64,000 nucleotides of DNA, taken from assembly GCF_009914755.1 (NCBI RefSeq), contig NC_060944.1. One strand, 5' to 3'. Of this stretch, positions 25,936-44,286 are shown piece after piece. Made by a program: the position numbers and the translations under genes. The notes below the pieces were generated by a model. The model made no database searches and had not been told where the DNA came from. It saw nothing but the letters and a program-made list of their open reading frames with translations. Each line of letters begins with the position of its first letter. The first letter of the stretch is position 1. Origin of the DNA: the human T2T-CHM13v2.0 reference genome, Homo sapiens.

Positions 25936-26924
25936 CTCGACACGAAAAAGCCTTGCTGAGAGAAATTTCAAAAGACTGAAATAAATGGAGAGACATGCTA
26001 TGTTCATGGGCCTTATGACTTGATATTAAGAAATTATTTCTTAACAAATTCATCTACAAATTAAACACAATCCCAAGGAAAATTCCAAAAGACTTTTGTA
26101 AAGGTTAATGAGATAATTCTAAACCTTATATAGAAATGGAAAGGACCTAAAATAACCAGAGTAATTAAAAAAAAAAAAAGTCAGCTGGGTGTAGTGGCTC
26201 ACACCTGTAATCTCAGCTCTTTATTACTTCCTCTGCTTGAAGAACTTCCTTTATTATTTCTTGTAGTGAAGGTCTACTGCAAGTGAAATATGTCTGCTTC
26301 TATTTGTCTGGAAAGTCTTTTTTTTGGGATACCTAATAGTTGTACATATTTATAGAATACATATGACAATTTGATACATGTATACAATGGATAATGATCA
26401 AGTGAGGGTAATTAGGAACCTCAAACATTTATCATTTCCTTGTGTTGGGGACATTCCAAATCTTCTCTTTTAGCTATTTTGAAATATATAACAAATTCTT
26501 ATTAACTGTAGTCACCCTACTGTGCTGTCGAACACTAGAACTGATTCCTTTTGTCTAATTGTATTTTTATACCCAGTAACCAAACTCTCTCTATCCACCC
26601 TTCCCTCTACCCTTCCCAGCCTCTGGTAACCAACATTCTACTCACTATATCCATCAAGTCTATTTTTTTAGCTCCCACATATGAATGAGAACATGTGATA
26701 TTTGTCTTTCTGTGCCTGGATTATTTTACTTAACATAATGACATACAGTTCCATCCATGTTGCTGCAAATGACAGAATTTCATTGTTTTTATGGCTGAAT
26801 AATATTTCATTGTGTGTATATACTGCATTTTCTTTATCCATTCATCTGTTGATGGACACTTAGGTTGATTCCATATCTCAGCTGTTGTGAATAGTGCTGT
26901 AATAAACATGAAAGTGCAGGTATT

Positions 26925-27644
<720 letters not shown>

Positions 27645-28225
27645 TATTTTTAGTTTTTTTAAGAAGCCTCCATACTGTTTTCCATAGTGTCTGTACTAAC
27701 TTTCATTCCCACTAACAGTGTATGGGCATTCCCCTTCCTCTGCCTCCTTGCCAGCATCTGTTATTCTGTCATTTTGATAATAGCCATTTTTAATGGGTTG
27801 AGATGATATCTCATTGTGGTTGTGATTTGGATTTCCCTGATGATTAGTGCTGTTAAGGATTTTTTCATATACCTGTTAGCCATTCGTATGTCTTCTTTTG
27901 AAGACATAGAGATGCCTATTCAGGTATTTTGCCCATTTTTGAAACTGATAATTTGATTTTTTTTTTTTTTTTTTTGCTGTTAAGTTGTTTGAATACCTTT
28001 TATTTCTGGTTATTAGTCCCTTGTTGGATGGATAGCTTGCAAATATTCTCTCTCATTCTGTATGTTTTCTCTTCACTTTGTTGATTCTTTGTTCGTTTGC
28101 TGTGCAGAAGCTTTTTAGCTTGATGAAATCCCACTTGTCTACTTTTACTTTTGTTGCCTGTGCTTTTGAAGTCTTACTTAAAAAATATTTGCCCAGACCA
28201 ATGTCCTGAAGGATTTCCCCAATGC

Positions 28226-28852
28226 TTTTTTTTTTTTTTTTTAATTTTTTTAGTATTTATTGATCATTCTTGGGTGTTTCTCAGAGAGGGGGATTTGGCA
28301 GGGTCATAGGACAATAGTGGAGGGAAGGTCAGCAGATAAACATGTGAACAAAGGTCTCTGGTTTTCCTAGGCAGAGGGCCCTGCCGCCTTCCGCAGTGTT
28401 TGTGTCCCTGGGAACTTGCGATTAGGGAGTGGTAATGACTCTTAACGAGTATGGTGCCTTCAAGCATCTGTTTAACAAAGCACATCTTGCACCGCCCTTA
28501 ATCCATTTAACCCTTAGAGGACACAGCACATGTTTCAGAGAGCAGGGGGTTGGGGGTAAGGTTATAGATTAACAGCATCCCAAGGCAGAAGAATTTTTCT
28601 TAGTACAGAACAAAATGGAGTCTCCTATGTCTACTTCTTTCTACACAGACACAGTAACAATCTGATCTCTCTTTCTTTTCCCCACATTTCCCCCCTTTCT
28701 ATTCGACAAAACCGCCATCGTCATCATGGCCCGCTCTCAATGAGCTGTTAGGTGCACCTCCCAGATGGGGTGGCGGCCGGGCAGAGGGGCTCCTCACTTC
28801 CCAGACGGGGCGGCTGGCGGGGGGGGGGCTGCCCCCCACCTCCCGGACGGGG
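28226..28852 (-). mobile_element. 5'-truncated SVA (SINE-R plus a few VNTR units)
   Basis: PolyT, tttattgatcattcttgggtgtttctc, SINE-R body, VNTR units cacctcccggacgggg; TSD CCAATG(C/T)TTT at 28219 / 28853. Confidence 0.92.
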
Positions 28853-29169
28853 CCAATGTTTTCTTCTAATAGTTTCATAGTTTCAGGTCTTTTATTTAAG
28901 CCTTTACTCTATTTCTATTTGATTTTTATATATGGTAAAATATATAAAGTTGTCTAGTTTCATTCTTCAGCATATGAATATTCAGTGTTCCCAGCACTAT
29001 TTAATGAAGAGACTATTATTAATATTTCTCCAACGTATGCTTTTGGTGCCTTTGTCAAAAATGAGTTGGCTGTAAAGGCATGGATTTATTTCTGGGTTCT
29101 CTATTCTGTTCCACTGGTCTAAGTGTCTGTTTTTATGCCAGTACCACGCTGTTTTGGTTAACTTTGTAG

Positions 29170-29564
<395 letters not shown>

Positions 29565-29749
29565 CTTTACACATTTTAGTATTGTTTTCTCTTATATCTG
29601 TGAAAAATGTCATTGGAATTTTGATGGGGATTACATTGAATCTGTAGATTGCTTTTGGTAGTATGAATATTTTAACAATATTAATTCTTCCAATCCATGA
29701 ACATGTGATAATCTTTCCTTTTTTTTGTGTATGTGTGTACTCTTCAACT

Positions 29750-30103
<354 letters not shown>

Positions 30104-31465
30104 TTCTCTTCAATTTCTTTCATCAGTGTTTTATAGTTTTCATTGTAAAAATCTTTTACTTCTTTGGTTAAATTTATTCCTAGGTATTTTTTGTGGCTAT
30201 TGTAAATAGAATCACTTTCTTAATTTTTTTTCAGATTGTTTGTTGTTGGCATATGTAAATGCTACTGATTCTCGTATGTTGATTTTGTATCCTGCAACTT
30301 TACTGAATTTCCTTATCAGTTCTAAAAATATCTGGTATCTTTACATTTTTCTAAATATAAGATTGTGTTGTCTGCAAACAAGGAAAATTTGACTTCTTTC
30401 TTTCCAATTTGGATGCCCTTAATTTATTTCTCTTGCCTAACTGCTCTGGCTGAGACCTAAAGTGAGAATCTCTGCCTTGTTCCAGATCTTAGGGGAAATA
30501 CTTTCACATTTTCCCTGTTCAGTATAAAGTTAGCTTTGAGTTTTTTATACATAGCCTTTATTGTTTTGAGGTATGTTCCTTCTACAAAAACTGCTGAGTT
30601 TTTGTTATAAAGGGATGCTGAATTTTATCAAATGCTTTTTCAGCATCTATTAAAATGATCACATGGCTTTTGTTCTTGAATCTGTTAATGTGATGTGTCA
30701 TGTCTTTCGATTTGCATATGTTGACTCATCCTTGTATCTCTGGAATGAAACCCACTTGATCATGGTGAGTGATGTTTTTAATGTGTTGGTGGATTTGATT
30801 GCTAGTATTTCATTGAGGATTTTTGCATCTGTGTTCATAGAGATATTGGCTGTGGTTTTATTTTCTTGTTTTGTCCTTGTCTGGTTTTGGTATCAAGGTA
30901 ATTCTGGACTCACAGAATAAGTTTAGAAGTATTCCCTCTTCAATTTTTTGGAATAGTTTGAGTAGAAGTGGTATTCTTTAAATGTTTTGTGGAATTTCAG
31001 CAGTGAAGCCAATCAGTTCCTAGGCTTTTGTTTGATGGGAGACTTTTTGTTACTGATTTGATCTTGCTATTCGTTATTGTTCTGTTCAGGTTTTGTATTG
31101 TTTCATGGTTCAACACTGGTAGATTGTACACGTCCAGGAATTTGTCCATTTCTTCTAAGTGTTCCAATTTGTTGGTATACAGTTGTTCATAATACTCTCT
31201 AATGAGCCTTTGAATTTCTCTGGTATCGGTTGTAGGCCTCCTTTTTCATCTCTGCTTTTATTTAGGTGGGTCTTCTCTCTTTTTTATTAGTTAGTGCTCC
31301 TGAACAACCAATGTGTCAATAAAAAAATTAAGAAGAAAATTTTAAATTGTTTTGAAACAAATGAAAATAGAAACACAACATCCCTAAACCTATGGGATAC
31401 AGCAAAATAGTGTATAAAAAGGGAGGTTTATAGCAATAAGCACCCATATCCAAAAAAGTAGAAAG

Positions 31466-31767
31466 GGCTAGGTGCACTGTCTCACACCTATAATCCCAGT
31501 ACTTTGGGAGGCCAAGGCAGGATGATTACTTGAGTCCAGGAGTTTGAGACCAGCCTGGGCAACATAGTGAGACCTTGTCTCTACAAAAAATAAAAAATAA
31601 ATCAGCTGAGTATGGTGGCCCATGCCTGTGGTCCTAGTTACTTGGGAGGCTGAGGTGGGAGGGTTCCTTGAGCCCGGGAAGTTGGGGTTGCAGTGATCTG
31701 TGATTGTGCTACTGTACTCCAGCCTAGGTGACAAAGCAAGATCCAGTCTCAAAAAAAAAAAAAAAAA
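31466..31767 (+). mobile_element. AluJ
   Basis: Alu within the inverted L1 segment; TSD AAAAAAGTAGAAAG. Confidence 0.9.
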
Positions 31768-32660
31768 GTAGAAAGACTTTAAATAAACAACCTAATGATG
31801 TACCTTAAAGAACTAGAAAAGCAAGAACAAACCAAACCCAATATTACTAGAAGGAAAGAAATAATAGTGATAAAAACAGAAATAAATGAAGTTGAAATGA
31901 AAAAAATACAAAAGATCAATGAAACAAAAAAGTTGGTTTTTTGAAAATATAAACAAAATTAACAAACCTTTATCTAGACTAACCTATAAAAAAAGAGAAG
32001 ATCTACATAAATAAAATCAGAGATGAAAAGGGAGTCCTTACAACTGATAGCACAGAAATTCAAAGGATCATTACAGAGTATTATGAACAGCTGTATACCA
32101 ACAAATTGGAAAACCTAGAAGAAATGGACAAATTCCTGGACATGTTGTTTAATTTCCATGTATTTGTACAATTTCAAAAGTTCCTCGTTATTTATTTCTA
32201 GTGTCATTCCATTATGGTCAGAAAAGATGTTTGGTATAATTTAAATTTTTAAAAATTGGTTAAGACTTGTTTTGTGGTCTAAAATGTGGCCTATCCTGGA
32301 GAATGTTCCACGTGCAGATGAGTAGAATGTATATTCGTCAGCAGTTGGATGAAATGTTTTGGGCTTGGGCTATGAGTCTCCACCTGCCTTGGGTAGCTCT
32401 CCTGAGCCTTGGAGGACCAGCTCATCATGAATCCTAGGCTTTAACTGTTCCTTGCTGCTATCTGTAAGTAATAAATCTTCATGTAACTTGTGTGTGTGAG
32501 CATTCTGCCTCAATAGACTTGAGCAAGCAACAAAGCGCAGACTAAGATGCAGAGGGCTGAGGTGGTAACCAGTGCACAGTGAACCTGCTTTACAGCAGGT
32601 CCTGTCTCTTCCTCAAGGAGATTATTACTCTTTAGAACTCAATTCATTTGGTCACCTTGT

Positions 32661-33369
32661 TGTCATAGTAAGTAAGTAGGTAGCTACTCAGACACGAGCA
32701 GGGCAGGAGAGGCCCCCCAAACCCAGGAATGTCAGGCAACCATCAGGTGATGGTCAGACAGCTGTTAAAACTGTTGCTTTAAAATAATAATTGGTTGCAG
32801 CCGGCGCCAGGGAAAGGCAGTCTCCCAATAGATAAAAACACCTGAAATGGGTGATCAGCTTACCGATAAGATCTCAGGAGTTGGGCGAGTGGGCTCAAGC
32901 ATACGCACTAAAAGGCAAAATGGTGGAGTTTAAGTGGTACGTAGCCTTCTAGGAACACTTGAATGGTAAGGGAAGAATGCCTCAAGTGAGCATGTGTACA
33001 ACGCCAGTAAACACACTGCGCATGCGGCCCGTCCCAAATGCGGGCAGGCCCCTGTGCATGCAGACAGCCCACCCCAAGGGAAGAATCAGGGAAGAAGTCA
33101 GGCAACCTCAGAAGCATGCCAACGTATAAGACCCCAAGTCAAAGGTCAGACCACACACTTGACTCTCTCAAGTCGCCAGCTTGGCCCCCTTCCAAGTGTA
33201 CTTTACTTCCTTTCATTCCTGCTCTAAAGCTTTTTAATAAACGTTTACTTCTGCTCTAAAACTTGCCTTGGTCTCCCGCTCTGTCTTATGGCCCTCAGTT
33301 GAATTCTTTCCTCTGAGGAGGCAAGAATTGAGGTTGCTGCAGACCCATACAGATTTGCCACTGCTCACA
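32661..33369 (+). mobile_element. MER50-like ERV1 solo LTR
   Basis: TG...CA ends with an exact 4-bp TSD TTGT. Confidence 0.85.
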
Positions 33370-33418
33370 TTGTGATCTTAGTTCTATGATGAGCTCAAGA
33401 AAAGTTATGATTTTATAA

Positions 33419-33814
<396 letters not shown>

Positions 33815-34245
33815 TAAAATTTTTCTAAGATCAGGTAACTTCGTTTTGTTTCTACATACTAACAACGAACACGTGAAATCCCCAAATTACAATGGTACCA
33901 TTTAAAGTATCTTCAAAGAAAACAAAATACTAAGGTACAAACTTACAAAACACATACAGGATCTGTATGCTGAAAATTACAAAATGCTGATGAACAAATT
34001 CAAAGAAGACCTAAATAAAGAGAGACATTGTGTTCATGGATTGGATCACTTAACGTAGTAAAGATGTCAGTTCTCCCTAAATTGATTTATATATTGAGTG
34101 CAATTCGTGTAAAAGTCCCAGAGAGGCTTTTGTAGACATAGACAAGCTTGTTCTAAAATTTATATAGAAAGGCAAAACTTTGTGAATATACTCAAAATTA
34201 CTGAATTGTATACTTTAAAGGGTGAACTTTGGGGTATGTGAATTA

Positions 34246-34662
<417 letters not shown>

Positions 34663-35704
34663 TCATGTTTTGTGCCCTTGTACCTCCCTGCTACACCCTA
34701 GTCCTGGACCTGGTGGAAGATGCAGGTATTTATCCTCTAAATTCTGATTCTGGGGTTTAACTCTCCTGGCTTGCCCTCTGTATCCATCCAAGCTCAGGAC
34801 TGTGGGCGGGTGACTCCCTTGGGCTAAGACACAAGAAGCCATCAGGCTGCGTGTCCATCGATGTCTGTGGCATTGTCAGCGTCTGCCACTCTTAGTGTCA
34901 TCTGGCTACCGCCATCTTCCCTGTCCTTCTCCTCCTGGCCTCGGTTCTCTTTCAAGGAATATACCACTTTCCCACCCTGGGGCCCTCACACAGGCTGTTT
35001 CTCCTCCCTGAAGCACTGTCCCCAACCCCTTCCTATCTCATCCTTCAGGACTCAGCCCAAATGTCACCTCCTCAGAGAGGGCTTCTCTTCCTGCCCTGTC
35101 CCAAAATGTTCTCCATTATTCTCTCTCATAACACTCAGAATATTTTCTTAATAGCACTTATCTCCATTTGGAAAGTGTGTACTCATTTGTTTTTCTAAGT
35201 ATTTAGTGTCTGTCTTCCCTACCAGGCAGTGAGATTTAGGAGAGAGGGACTGGGTCTGTTTTGCTCGTGGCTGTATCCACCATATACTTCTCTGTGCCTG
35301 GCACATAGGTGGTGCTCAATAAATGCTTGTCAGGTGCTTTATGAATACAACACACTCCTGGCCCTGCTCCCCTAAACAAGCACTCCTAAGTGGGGGAGGG
35401 AGGCATTGAGGCAGGCACCTGTGGCACCAGGTGGTCTGTGCTATGATGGGCAGGTGAGCAGAGGAGTGCAGGAAGCTAAATGAGGCAGAAATTAATTCTG
35501 GGAGCTCAGAGAGGGAAGAAAATCTAGAGAGCAAGTGCAGTGTGAATTGGGTTTTGAAGGATGAATAGGAGAGTGCTGGGTACGTAAGGACATTGGAAGA
35601 AAATCTCAGGCAGAGGTAAGAGCATAGAGAAGAGTTTGGAATAGATAAGAGCCACTGCCTCTGGCTGTGTGAGTGCATGTGTGTGCATATGTGCGTGAGT
35701 ATGA

Positions 35705-35705
<1 letters not shown>

Positions 35706-35746
<41 letters not shown>
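35706..35746. repeat. (TG)n microsatellite
   Basis: About 20 perfect TG units. Confidence 0.97.
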
Positions 35747-35748
<2 letters not shown>

Positions 35749-35813
35749 GGTGGTAGGGTGGTAGGGTGTGAATCTGGAGATGCAGGTAGAACCCTGGACA
35801 CAAAAGGTTTTTA

Positions 35814-36139
<326 letters not shown>

Positions 36140-36242
36140 CTAAAGATTGATTCTAACTTCCAGCAGTTTTCTTAGTGTGAAGTCAGTTTCACTGGAGAGG
36201 GTAGGTGGTACCTGTCTGGGTGATTTGATGTAGGACTCATAA

Positions 36243-36392
<150 letters not shown>

Positions 36393-36921
36393 TAATTTTA
36401 TAAGGATTTTAAAATAGTAAATCATTTTAATAGTTTCCTTTTAAAGATAAATGTATATAAATCAAAAAGGCAAGTCGACTTGAAGAAATATATTAAGTAA
36501 ATAATAAATACAGGTGAAACCCCAGGGCAGACATTTGGCAAATGCTGCTGTGGATGGTGGGAGCCACAGCAAGGACAGAATGAGTGAAGAGGGTGGTGGG
36601 GCTGGAGTTGAAGGCCCAACTGGATGGACTGGGGAACGTGCACTAGTCTGGAAGGCATGAGGCCAGGGCCTGTGGGACCTGGAGGAAGGGAGAATCTACA
36701 GGCCTGGGAGCCTGATTGGATGTGGGAATGAAGCGGGCCAGGAGTTGAGGGACGCCCTAGTTTGGGGCTTGAAGGTACCAGGCTGCTTCTAACAGGAGGT
36801 GTCACAGTTGGCCATGTTACAGAACCTCTTTTCTAAGACTTGGATTCTTATTCACTGCAATGAAACAAAATTTGCAAACCTCTGTGTGACAAAGCGTTCC
36901 TTCCTGTGTCCCCAGTCAAAT

Positions 36922-37369
36922 GCTGTAGCAGACGTGGTTGGCACCCTGTCCACACCCTTCCCTTGACCCATCTTGGAATTGACATGCAGAGAGTACCATG
37001 CTCACCAGCAGCTTTCTGTGTCTTTCTGCCCAAGGGCATTCTCTGGCCAGGGCCAGCTCAGCCTACACACGTCCCAGACTCACCATGGTCCAGCAGAAGA
37101 TGGGAGCTGGGTAAATGGCCCAGCCTCTCCTCTCAGTGGCACAGCTCTGAGGTGTGGTCTGCAGTCTCCCAGAGGGACCTCAGCCAAACTGAGCCCCAGC
37201 TGTCCACAGCAGGAACCCATTCATTAGCGCCCTGTACTGGCTTCCTTCCCTTCCCTGGATGGCTTCCTGACTCTCAAATTGTGCTTCCTGGAACTACCTC
37301 CCAAAGAAACCACCTGCACCCAAATTTTTGCCTCAGGGTCTGCTTTCATGGGAACCCCAAAGCAAAACA
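36922..37369 (+). mobile_element. Old ERVL LTR (LTR16/LTR33-like)
   Basis: Ends cctcagggtctgctttcatgggaaccccaaagcaaaaca. Confidence 0.6.
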
Positions 37370-37581
37370 AGCAAGAAATGTTAGGGTCACCACTACTTCC
37401 CTAGCTTCCTCTGGAGTTGCAGGCGTCATTTTTCCAGTTGATGTGGGTCCTCACAGTCCACCATATGCAGCTGTCTTTGTGGACACAACTGGAGGCACAC
37501 GATCGGGATGAGGGCAGAGCAGTCCCCCTTTTTAATTGTTTTAATTAAGTCAACAATTGGCAGCCCTTGGGTACATGCCAG

Positions 37582-38487
<906 letters not shown>

Positions 38488-38902
38488 CCAGCATAACCTT
38501 TGTTTCAGTTATTTGGGGCATGGAGGAAGAGGTTTTCTTGCCTCAGGGCCTTTGCAACTGCTGATTCTGCCACCTGGAATGTTTCCCCCTAAGATAGCCC
38601 TAACTAAGTCCAGATCCCTCACTTCATTCAGGCTCAAATAGCATCTCCTCAGAGAGGCCTCTCTGACCACATTATCTTAAATATATCCCTTTCTCTTTCA
38701 TCCTATTGTCATTATAGCTCCTGGCATTATATCTTTTTAAAAATCAACTTTATTGAGGAATAATTCGCCCACAATAAAATACATTCACTTGAAGTGTACA
38801 GTTTGGAGTTTTGACAAATACGTGTTTCCTGGTAACCACCATCCAATCAACATTTCCATCACCCCAAAAGGTTCAGTTAGAAGATTCCCTCCCTGCCCCA
38901 GC

Positions 38903-39924
<1,022 letters not shown>

Positions 39925-40208
39925 CAGGCACTCACTGATCTGCGTTGGATCACTATAGCTTAGCTTTACTTTTCTAGAATTTCACACCCATGGAATAATC
40001 TGGCATGTCCTCTTTTGTGTCTGATTTCTTTTGCTCAGCATGATGTTTTTGAGATTCACCTATGTTGTTGCGTGTACCAAGGGTTCATTCTGTTTTATTG
40101 CCGAGCTGTATCCCATCGTACAAATGCACCGGGTTGCTTATCCACTCTCCTGTTGATGATGGACAGCTGGGCTGTTTCCAGTTTTCAACTATTAGAAATA
40201 AAGCAGCA

Positions 40209-40512
<304 letters not shown>

Positions 40513-40555
40513 GCAGCTATGAACACTCGCATGCAAGTCTTTGTGCAAACATAGG

Positions 40556-41097
40556 TGTTACAGGAAAGGGGTCCCGATCCAGACCCCAAGAGAGGGTTCT
40601 TGGATCGTACACAAGGAAGGATTCAGGGCAAGTCCACAGAGTAAAGTGAAAGCAAGTTTATTAGGAAAGTAAGGGAATAAAAGGATGACCACTCCATAGA
40701 CAGAACAGCCCTGAGGGCTGCGGGTTGCCCAGTTTTATGGTTATTTCTTGATATGCTAAACAAGGGGTGGATTATTTATGCCTCCCTTTTTTAGACCACA
40801 TAGGGTAACTTCCTGACGTTGCCAAGGCATTTGTAAACTGTCATGGCGCTGGTGGGAGTGTAGCAGTGAGGATGACCAGAGGTCACTCTTGTCACCATCT
40901 TGCTTTTGGCAAGAGCTTCTTTACTGCAACCTCTATTATCAGCAAGGTCTTTATGACCTGAATCTTGTGCTGACCTTCTATCTGATCCTATGACTTAGAA
41001 TGCCTTAACCGTCTGGGAATGCAGACCAGTAGGTCTCAGCCTGATTTTACCTGGCCCCATTCAAGATAGAGTTGCTCTGGTTTACACACCTCTCATA
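40556..41097 (-). mobile_element. MER41A solo LTR
   Basis: Reverse MER41 lacking the 43-bp GAS segment; exact TSD TAGG. Confidence 0.88.
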
Positions 41098-41599
41098 TAG
41101 GGACATATCTGTATGTTTTCATGTCTCTTGGGTATACCTAACAGTGGAATTGCTGGATTACCAACTGGCATTATATTACCTATATAATATGAGGTATTAT
41201 ACAGGTAAGCTCCAGGAGGACAGAGACTGCTCATTACAGAATGTGCACAGTGCCCAGCACACACATGGCATGTAGCCCGTGCTGCAAGTCCACCTGAATG
41301 AGTAAAAAGCCAGCCAGCCTGATTTCCAAACTTAAGGGCTACACCCAGGAATTTGTTGTTCTGCCTCCTCCCCATCCACAGGCTACTGCTGGGGTTCCTG
41401 GCAGGTGTGGGGGCTGGGAGGGGAAGGGAGTTGGGGGAGGGGGCCTGGACACTTTTGTGAACCCTGTTGAGGTTGACAAAGGAGAGGGGTCACCATGGTC
41501 ATGCCAGGGGTCTCTATCCCACACCTGGAATTTCTCTTAGGGCTTCCTGTGATGCTGAGATGGGGCAGCTGTGTCCCTGGCCCCACTCTTCTCCCTTGA

Positions 41600-42282
41600 T
41601 GAAACTGCCTTTGCAGAAATTATAACAGTAAGAAAATTAGGACAGTGAAAGAGACCCATCTAACCAACCCCTATCTTGCCTTTCACCTCTAAACTGCCCT
41701 TAGGCATTCCTGGGCTTGGGCCAAGCTAACTTTGGGAGACATTTAGTTTATAGTTTAAACGATAATAGCCCATCTCCCAAACTAAACCGCCTTTGTAAAG
41801 ATAATGAAAGAGCACTAGGTTAGGAAGATGAGAAGTGCCTACATTCTGCTAAGGTGGAGCTGTAACCGATTATCAGTCATTATTCCAGAGGCCACAAGAT
41901 TCGCAACTTCTCCGGTTACTCCTGCAAATAACATCACTCTTGGAGAGTCCAAGATTGACTTTTTGAGACAAGTTTTCAGGTTTTTTGGCATTTCTTACTA
42001 CCAATGGCTGGGGCATGGGGGTGCGGGTGGCACCCCAGTCCTGTGGCCCCACCCAGAAGCGGACTCAGCACCCCAGGACAATTTTCCACACCCCTGGGAT
42101 TGCATCCCCAGCCAGTCAGCAGCACCCATTTCCTGGCCCGCCAAACTATCCTTGAAAAACTCCAGCCTCAGAATCTTCAGGGAGGCCGATTTGAGTACAA
42201 ATAAAACTCCCGTGTCCAGCCAGCTCTGAGAAATCTGGCTGTCTCCGGGCAGCGGGCAAGGTGAACCCACGGGGTGGTTACA
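41600..42282 (+). mobile_element. LTR8B-like ERV1 LTR
   Basis: TGAAACTGCCTTTGCAGAAATTATAACAGTAAGAAAATT...GGGGTGGTTACA. Confidence 0.8.
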
Positions 42283-42339
42283 TGGGGACCCAGGCTGTCT
42301 CTTGTATGGGGGACTTATGCAGGCCCAGCCCCTCCCCTT

Positions 42340-42850
42340 CTCCTTCCCACCCTCTGAGCGGCCTCCAGGACGCACTCGCGTGAGGAAACCCGGCCCGCGT
42401 GTCCGAGTTCTGTCCACGCCTTCTGCCAACAGCTGTCCTTTGCTCTTCGGGGCTCCTGGGACCGCGGGAAGGGGCCGGGGTTGCCTGGGGAAGGGGTGGG
42501 TGCACCTGTGTGCATGGTTTAGGGGTCTGGAGTCTTTGAGGTCGGTGGGTGTTTGTGTCTCTGTGTGTCTGTGAATCTGTCTCGTCTGTGGTTCCAGGCC
42601 TGGTGGCGCTGCAGACCCCAAGAGGCCGCCCTCCGCCTTCAGACAGCTCCCGCCGCCTCCCGGCGCCTGGGAGGAGACGGTGGGAAAATCGCGGCGGCGA
42701 CGAGAGCCCGGCCTGCTCTTTCCGTTCCGCTCCCGCAGGGGGCGCCAGCGCTCCGTGGAGAGCGGCTGCGGCCCCAGAGACCACGCTCGGGCCGCCTGAC
42801 GCCCAGAGCCCCCAGGAAGGGGAAACTGAGACCCAGGGAGGAGAAGGGAG
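42340..42850. promoter_or_regulatory. Orphan CpG island
   Basis: Locally CpG-dense, GC-rich, apparently non-repeat sequence with no adjacent coding exon. Confidence 0.75.
42732..42746 (+). promoter_or_regulatory. CTCF core motif CCCGCAGGGGGCGCC
   Basis: One mismatch to CCASYAGRKGGCRSY. Confidence 0.65.
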
Positions 42851-43932
42851 GCTACTCAGACCTCCTAAATTCTAGTCCCAAATTCCACAGCACCAAGCTT
42901 GTCCCTAGACTTAGGAAATGCAGTGGGAGCGCTGTTCTCTACCTGGGCTGCACAGGCTGGCTCAGAGGTGGGGGATTGGACTCAATGACCTCTCAGTCCC
43001 CTCAGAGACCCTCGCCAGCTGTGGGGAGGTCCGCCAGCTCAGGGATGAGGTCTGGAGGGTAGGGCTGGGGGGACTTGGCCCTCTGGAAGTTGCTCACTGT
43101 GAGGGCTAGGTTGAGGACCCATTTATTCATCTGTAAAATGGGTGTGTAGGGAACAGGCATGTTCAGTTTTCTCCCTTGCTTTCGGCTTCATCCTAGCGCA
43201 GGTCAGAAGCTTAAGGGGAGCCTGGGCCAGCGTCCTGGGCATCCCATCCTTGCATTCTCCAGACATGACCACCTCCAGACCCTGCTCATTCCTAGACCTG
43301 CCTACTGGACCATGGGATGGTGATCGCGCCTACAGCATCCTTACCTAAGCAGCCCGACTCAAAACGATGAATTGGACCAATCAGTTATTGCCCTCCTGTT
43401 CTTCTAGAACTGTATACAGACACCCATTGTCCGTGGCCTTGTGCTGGGTGCCGGGGAGAGAGCAGTAAACAGAAAAGTGAGGCTCTGCCCCTAGAGACCC
43501 CACCGTCCAGAGAGAGGAGGCAGCGTGCCAAGCAAGTAAACAACAAACCAACAAACAATTACAAAGTCCTGTGAAGGAAACCAAGAAAGGGCAGACAGAA
43601 AGGACGACTGAGGAGGGGGAGGCTGCTCTTAGCTGCAGCTGTCAGGGGAGTTCCCTCTAATGAGGCAGCATTTAAACCAGGAGCTGAAAGATGAGTTGGA
43701 GTCAGCCATGCAGAGGCGAGGTCAGTGGAAAGGGTGAGCTAGGGCAAGGAAAACAATCAGACTCATCCTTTTATAAGATCCTCACGCTGCTGGGTGGAGA
43801 GTGGGCCTGGGCAGGGCGTGAAGGGCAGTCAGAAGGCCAGAGAGGACGCCGTTGCCATGAATCAGGGGACAGCTGCTGGTGGCTCAGACCAAGGTGGTGG
43901 CTGTGGAGGTGGTGGATTCTGGATGTATTTTA

Positions 43933-44286
<354 letters not shown>

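Noticed and set aside
42283-42300. Primer-binding site after LTR8B (TGGGGACCC...)
   Set aside because: Only the first five bases match a tRNA-Pro PBS, and the downstream sequence is not recognisable as ERV internal.
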